Positions 59,024-64,000 of a stretch of DNA of 64,000 bases are shown in pieces (the stretch's first letter is position 1; each line of letters starts with the position of its first letter). Source of the stretch: Acidimicrobiaceae bacterium (GTDB lineage Bacteria > Actinomycetota > Acidimicrobiia > Acidimicrobiales > Aldehydirespiratoraceae); NCBI GenBank assembly GCA_009842325.1, contig VYFQ01000003.1, positions 262,693 through 326,692 of the forward strand. Reading direction: 5' to 3'. The notes beneath the pieces are model-generated. The model was not told the DNA's origin and made no database searches. It worked only from the letters and a program-made list of their open reading frames with translations. The position numbers and the translations under genes are program-made.

Positions 59024-62000
59024 GTGATGAGCGCCCCGCGGATCGGAGTGGACGTCGGCGGGACGTTCACCGACGTTGCCCTGGAACGGCCCGACGGCAC
59101 GTTCGCGTCCATCAAGGTGCTCACCACCCACCAGCGGCCCGAGGAGGCCGTCCTGGCCGGCATCTCGGCCGTCATCGAACGGGAGGGCACAACCCTCGAC
59201 GAGATCACGCAGATCATCCACGGCACCACCCTGGCCACCAACGCTCTGATAGAGCGCCGGGGCGCCAAGACAGCGCTGGTGACCACGGCCGGCTTCCGCG
59301 ACGTGATCGAGACCCGCACCGAGAGCCGCTTCGAGCAGTACGACCTCAACATCGTGCTGCCCCCGCCCCTGATCGAGCGCAAAGACCGCTACGTGGTGCC
59401 CGAGCGCATCGGCGCCGGCGGCGAGGTGCTGCTGGCGTTCGACGAGCATGCCGCCCGCGGAGTAGTCGCCCGGCTGGTGGACGGCGGTTACACCTCGGTG
59501 GCGGTCGGGTTCATGCACAGCTACCGGAACCCGGACCATGAGCGCCGATTCCGGGAACTGCTACGCGAGGCCACCCCGTCGACGGCGGTGTCGCTGAGCT
59601 GCGAGGTCTCGCCCCAGATGCGCGAGTTCGAGCGCTTCAACACGGTCTGCGCCAACGCCTACGTGCAGCCGCTCATCGCCTCGTACCTGCGCAGGCTCGA
59701 GTCCGAGCTGCTCCGCATGGGGGCGGCCTGCCCGCTGCTGCTGATCCACTCCGGCGGGGGTCTGATCAGCAGCGAGGCCGCGGCCTCGTTCCCGGTGAGG
59801 CTGATCGAGTCGGGACCCGCCGGGGGAGCGATCTTCGCGGCGCACCTGGCCCGCGTCCATCGCCGCGACCGGATCGTCTCCTACGACATGGGCGGCACCA
59901 CCGCCAAGATCGCCCTGATCGAGGACTGCTCGCCCCGCACCGCCAAGACGTTCGAGACGGCCCGCACCGCCCGCTTCAAGAAGGGCAGCGGCATGCCGAT
60001 CTCGGTGCCGGCCATCGAGATGATCGAGATCGGCGCGGGCGGCGGGTCCATCGCCGCGGTCGACGCGCTGGGCCAGATCCGGGTCGGCCCGCAGAGCGCC
60101 GGAGCTGATCCCGGACCGGCCTGTTACGCCCTCGGCGGGACGGCCGCGACGGTGACCGACGCCAACGTGCAGCTTGGACGGCTGCACCCGGAGAACTTCC
60201 TCGCGCCGGACATCTCCCTGTCGCCCGATCTGGCCGCTGGGGCCCTGCGCGGCTGCGTGGGCGAGCCCCTCGGCCTCAACAACGACGCCGCCGCGGTGGG
60301 CGTGGCCGAGGTCGTAGACGAGAACATGGCCAACGCGGCCCGGACCCATGCGGTGGAGAGCGGCAAGGATCTGGCCGGCTACTCGATGGTCGCCTTCGGC
60401 GGGGCCGCACCGCTGCACGCCTGCCGCCTCATCGACAAGCTGGGCATAGACGAGGTTCTGGTGCCGGTCGGCGCTGGGGTCGGCTCGGCTATCGGGTTCC
60501 TGCTCGCCCCGTTCTCCTACGAGGCCACCCGCAGCTTCTACACCACGTCCGACCGCTTCGACACCGAAGGTGTCTGGAGGGTGCTCGAAGAACTGGCCGC
60601 GGAAGCCGAGGCGTTCGTGCGGATGGGCACCTCCGAGGCGGTGACCGTTGAACGCGAAGTACTCATGCGCTACCGGGGCCAGGGCTGGGAGATCCCGGTG
60701 GCACTGCCCCACGGCGCCTTCGACGAGATCGCCGCTCAGGAGTTGACCACGACGTTCGTCAAGGCCTACGAGGCATTCTTCGGCCGGGCCATCGAGGGCC
60801 TGGCCATCGAGGCGGTGAGCTGGTCGGTGCGGGTGTCGTCGCAGCGCGCCGCGCCGGAACTGGTGGAGGATCTCCCCGCAGCCCGTGCCCGGGCTTCCGC
60901 CAGCACCCGATCCGTCTACGACCCGGTCACGGGAATCATGGTGGCCACCGCCTTGCACGAGCGCAGCGAACTTGCGGCCGGAGACACCGTGGCCGGCCCG
61001 GCCCTGATCATCGAGGACCAGACCACGACGGTGGTCGGATCCCGGCACACCGCGGTGGTCCAGCCCGACCTGACCCTCAGGATCGCGAGATCCGCTCAGG
61101 ACACCCGTGACACGGCCCTGAGCCGGTCGTCCCTCAGCGCCCAGCACGAGGTCCCCATGCAGATCATGTGGAACCGCTTGATCTCCGTGGTCGAAGAGCA
61201 GGCCCTGACCCTGGTGCGGACCGCGTTCTCGACGTCGGTGCGGGAGGCCGGCGACCTCTCGGCGGGAGTGTTCGACCCGCAGGGCCGCATGATCGCCCAG
61301 GCCGTCACCGGGACGCCGGGCCACGTCAACACCATGGCTGCCTCCCTGGGCCACTTCATCAACGAGATCGGGGCCGAGAGCATGCGCCCCGGCGATGTGT
61401 ACCTCACCAACGACCCGTGGAAGAGCACCGGCCACCTCCACGACATCACCGTGGCCACTCCGGTGTTCCTCGAGGACAGCCCGGACTGGCCCGGCGGCGC
61501 GGACGGCGACGAGCCCGGGACCCTCATCGGCTTCTTCGCCTCTACCGCGCACGTGGTCGACATCGGCGGACGGGGCTTCGGACCCGACGCGCGCGAGCTG
61601 TACGAGGAGGGTCTCCGGATACCGATCATGCGGTGGGCCGAGCGGGGGCGGCTCAACCGGGACGTGGTGGACATCGTGCGCTGCAACGTCCGGGAGCCCG
61701 ACCAGGTGATCGGCGACATACACGGCCTGGCCGCCTCCAACGAGACCGGCCGCCGGCGGCTGCTCGACATGCTGTCCGAGTTCGGCCTGACCGATCTGGA
61801 CGAGTTGGCCGCCTTCGTGTTCGACCGCACCCGCCGGGCCACCCTCGACGCGCTGGAGCGGGTTCCCAACGGCGTCTACCGCAACACGATGCGAGTGGAC
61901 GGCTACGGCGACCCGGTGACCCTGGTAGCCGCGGTCACCGTCACCGACGACGGCATGCACGCCGACTTCACGGGCACGTCGCCGGTCAGCCCGTTCGGCA

Positions 62001-62788
62001 TCAATGTCCCGCTCACCTACGCCCAGGCCTACTTCACCTACGGGATGCTGGTGGCGCTGGCACCGGAGCTGCCCAACAACTACGCCTCGTTGCTGCCCTT
62101 CACGGTGAGCGCCCCGCCGGGCGCGATCCTCAACGCGGTCGAGCCCAACCCGGTAGCCATACGCCACGTGATCGGCCACTTCGTCACCGACCTGTGCCTG
62201 GGCGCTATCGCCCACGCCCTGCCCGACGTCGTTCCGGCCGAGGGCTCGGGGGCGCTGTGGAACTTCCAGGCCAGCGCCCGCAGCGCCGATCCGGCCGACC
62301 CGCGGCCGCCGGTGGAGATCCTGATGTTCAACAGCGGGGGCACCGGCGCCCGGCCCGACCGCGACGGGCTCACCGCCACCGCCTTCCCGTCGGGGGTGCG
62401 GACCATGAGCGTCGAGGCCACCGAGCAGGTGGGCCCGATCATCGTGTGGCGCAAGGAGATCCGCGAGAACAGCGGGGGTGCCGGCCGCTTCCGGGGCGGG
62501 TTGGGCCAGGTCATCGAGATCGCTCCGGCCGACGGATACCTGTTCGAGTTCTCGGCCATGTTCGACCGGGTCGACAACCCGGCCCGGGGCCGGGCCGGCG
62601 GCCTTGACGGCGCATCCGGCGCGGTGCGCCTCGACGACGGCACGCCCTTCGGGTCCAAGGGCAAGCAGACCGTGCCCGCGGGCCGGCGGCTGATCCTCGA
62701 GCTCCCCGGTGGAGGCGGCTTCGGCGACCCGGGCCGGCGCGACCCGGCCGCGGCGGCCAACGATCTCGCCCAGGGCTACGTGTTCTGA
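59024..62788 (+). CDS. fused hydantoinase A / hydantoinase B (5-oxoprolinase-type, ATP-dependent) protein
   Basis: The N-terminal half has RIGVDVGGTFTD and DMGGTTAKIAL (HyuA). The C-terminal half has MQIMWNRLISVVEEQALTLVRTAFS...REAGDLSAGVFD (HyuB). It is a single 1254-aa ORF. Confidence 0.85.
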   Translation: MMSAPRIGVDVGGTFTDVALERPDGTFASIKVLTTHQRPEEAVLAGISAVIEREGTTLDEITQIIHGTTLATNALIERRGAKTALVTTAGFRDVIETRTESRFEQYDLNIVLPPPLIERKDRYVVPERIGAGGEVLLAFDEHAARGVVARLVDGGYTSVAVGFMHSYRNPDHERRFRELLREATPSTAVSLSCEVSPQMREFERFNTVCANAYVQPLIASYLRRLESELLRMGAACPLLLIHSGGGLISSEAAASFPVRLIESGPAGGAIFAAHLARVHRRDRIVSYDMGGTTAKIALIEDCSPRTAKTFETARTARFKKGSGMPISVPAIEMIEIGAGGGSIAAVDALGQIRVGPQSAGADPGPACYALGGTAATVTDANVQLGRLHPENFLAPDISLSPDLAAGALRGCVGEPLGLNNDAAAVGVAEVVDENMANAARTHAVESGKDLAGYSMVAFGGAAPLHACRLIDKLGIDEVLVPVGAGVGSAIGFLLAPFSYEATRSFYTTSDRFDTEGVWRVLEELAAEAEAFVRMGTSEAVTVEREVLMRYRGQGWEIPVALPHGAFDEIAAQELTTTFVKAYEAFFGRAIEGLAIEAVSWSVRVSSQRAAPELVEDLPAARARASASTRSVYDPVTGIMVATALHERSELAAGDTVAGPALIIEDQTTTVVGSRHTAVVQPDLTLRIARSAQDTRDTALSRSSLSAQHEVPMQIMWNRLISVVEEQALTLVRTAFSTSVREAGDLSAGVFDPQGRMIAQAVTGTPGHVNTMAASLGHFINEIGAESMRPGDVYLTNDPWKSTGHLHDITVATPVFLEDSPDWPGGADGDEPGTLIGFFASTAHVVDIGGRGFGPDARELYEEGLRIPIMRWAERGRLNRDVVDIVRCNVREPDQVIGDIHGLAASNETGRRRLLDMLSEFGLTDLDELAAFVFDRTRRATLDALERVPNGVYRNTMRVDGYGDPVTLVAAVTVTDDGMHADFTGTSPVSPFGINVPLTYAQAYFTYGMLVALAPELPNNYASLLPFTVSAPPGAILNAVEPNPVAIRHVIGHFVTDLCLGAIAHALPDVVPAEGSGALWNFQASARSADPADPRPPVEILMFNSGGTGARPDRDGLTATAFPSGVRTMSVEATEQVGPIIVWRKEIRENSGGAGRFRGGLGQVIEIAPADGYLFEFSAMFDRVDNPARGRAGGLDGASGAVRLDDGTPFGSKGKQTVPAGRRLILELPGGGGFGDPGRRDPAAAANDLAQGYVF

Positions 62789-62795
62789 GGGTGAC

Positions 62796-63977
62796 TTGAA
62801 GCACTCCTACGACGTAGTGATCGTCGGCGGGGCGATCATGGGCTCCTCGGTGGCGTTCTTCCTGTCCCGCAACCCTGACTTCGACGGCACGATCCTGGTG
62901 GTGGAGCGCGACCCGACGTACGAGTACAGCTCCACATCGCGCACCAACAGCTGCATGCGCCAGCAGTTCTCCCGTGAGGTCAACATCCGCATCTCGCAGT
63001 TCGGGGCCGAGTTCGTGCGGGACTTCCGGGAATGGATGGACGACCCGGAGGCGCCCGAAGTGGCCGTCAACCACTTCGGCTACATGTACTTGGCCGCGGA
63101 TGAGGCTGCTGCCGCTGTGCTGGAGGCCAACCAGCGGGTGCAGGCCTCTCTCGGAGCGGGCACCGTGATAATGACCGCCGACCAGATTGCCGATGCCTAC
63201 CCGTTCTACAACGTCGACGGCATCGTGTGCGGCAGCCACAACGCCGTCGACGAGGGCTGGTGGGACTCCGGGACGGTGTTCGACTGGTGGCGCCGCCAGG
63301 CACGCCGCCACGGCGTCGAGTACGTGACCGACGAGGTGGTGGACATCGACCGCGACGGAGACACGGTGACCGAGGTGGAACTGGCCGCGGGGAGCCGCGT
63401 CAGTTGCGGCGCGCTGGTGAACGCCACCGGCCCGCGGGCGGCACGAACGGCGGCCATGGCCGGCCTGGAGCTCCCGGTCGAGCCCCGCAAGCGGTTCACG
63501 TGGATCTTCGAGGCGGCCGAGCCGCTGGACCAGGACCTGCCCCTGACGATCGATCCCAGCGGCGTGCACGTGCGCAGCGACGGCGCGGCGTACATGGCCG
63601 GATGCCCCCCACACGTCGACCCGCCAGTGTCCTACGACGACTTCGACATGGACCATGACATCTTCGAGGACAAGGTGTGGCCCGTCCTGGCGAACCGGGT
63701 GCCCGCCTTCGAGCGCATCAAGGTCACCAGCCGCTGGGCAGGGCACTACGCCTACAACCACTTCGACCACAACGCGGTGGTCGGGCCCCACCCCGAGGTG
63801 GGGAACTTCTTTTTCATCAACGGCTTCTCGGGCCACGGCATGCAGCAGTCGCCGGCGATGGGGCGGGCGGTGGCGGAACTGCTGTGCTACGGCGAGTACC
63901 GCACGCTCGACCTGTCAGAACTCGGCTACGAGCGCATCGCCCGGGCCGAGCCGTTCGTCGAGACCGCGATCATCTAG
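62796..63977 (+). CDS. FAD-dependent oxidoreductase (DAO family)
   Basis: YDVVIVGGAIMGSSVAFFLS dinucleotide-binding motif. I prefer the TTG at 62796 (GAGGG upstream), because the ORF-track start at 62709 overlaps the preceding gene. Confidence 0.75.
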   Translation: MKHSYDVVIVGGAIMGSSVAFFLSRNPDFDGTILVVERDPTYEYSSTSRTNSCMRQQFSREVNIRISQFGAEFVRDFREWMDDPEAPEVAVNHFGYMYLAADEAAAAVLEANQRVQASLGAGTVIMTADQIADAYPFYNVDGIVCGSHNAVDEGWWDSGTVFDWWRRQARRHGVEYVTDEVVDIDRDGDTVTEVELAAGSRVSCGALVNATGPRAARTAAMAGLELPVEPRKRFTWIFEAAEPLDQDLPLTIDPSGVHVRSDGAAYMAGCPPHVDPPVSYDDFDMDHDIFEDKVWPVLANRVPAFERIKVTSRWAGHYAYNHFDHNAVVGPHPEVGNFFFINGFSGHGMQQSPAMGRAVAELLCYGEYRTLDLSELGYERIARAEPFVETAII

Positions 63978-64000
63978 CGCGGGGCCCGCAACTACCATGA

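Overview
This is a high-GC chromosomal segment, roughly two-thirds G+C by eye, that looks actinobacterial. Supporting evidence is a mycothione reductase, a PdtaR-type ANTAR regulator, and gene order matching M. tuberculosis Rv1829-Rv1832 and Rv1626-Rv1638 as I recall those loci. I support 54 CDS and one tRNA; there are no rRNA genes, CRISPR arrays, transposases or integrases.

The conserved backbone is:
- DUF151 nuclease, MerR regulator, gcvT, aroC, mtr and gcvP
- hup and fabZ
- a fabD-fabH-fabG-acpP-fabF operon
- tRNA-Leu(CAA)
- pdtaR-polA, rpsA-coaE, uvrB and uvrA-uvrC

Accessory blocks are wedged between these housekeeping genes:
- A protocatechuate 4,5-cleavage pathway split over two loci: pobA-ligC, and ligK/ligI/ligBA between polA and rpsA.
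- An operon with an AraR-type regulator, a ThiY/NMT1-type binding protein, a nucleoside phosphorylase and an ABC transporter.
- A galactoside/sugar-acid island between coaE and uvrB.
- A module between uvrB and uvrA with an orphan 147-aa protein, a PP2C phosphatase and a PD40 beta-propeller lipoprotein, arranged around a very AT-rich divergent intergenic region.
- A cluster with a fused hydantoinase/oxoprolinase, an SDR and an FAD oxidoreductase.

I see no recognisable defence or mobile system. The most unusual items are:
- the PP2C/PD40/orphan module
- a FabD with a C-terminal lysine-less biotinyl-like domain
- a coaE whose P-loop lies upstream of any canonical start codon and in frame with the rpsA stop
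- a leaderless coiled-coil ORF translationally coupled to pdtaR

All functional calls come from motif recognition by eye; no database search was run.
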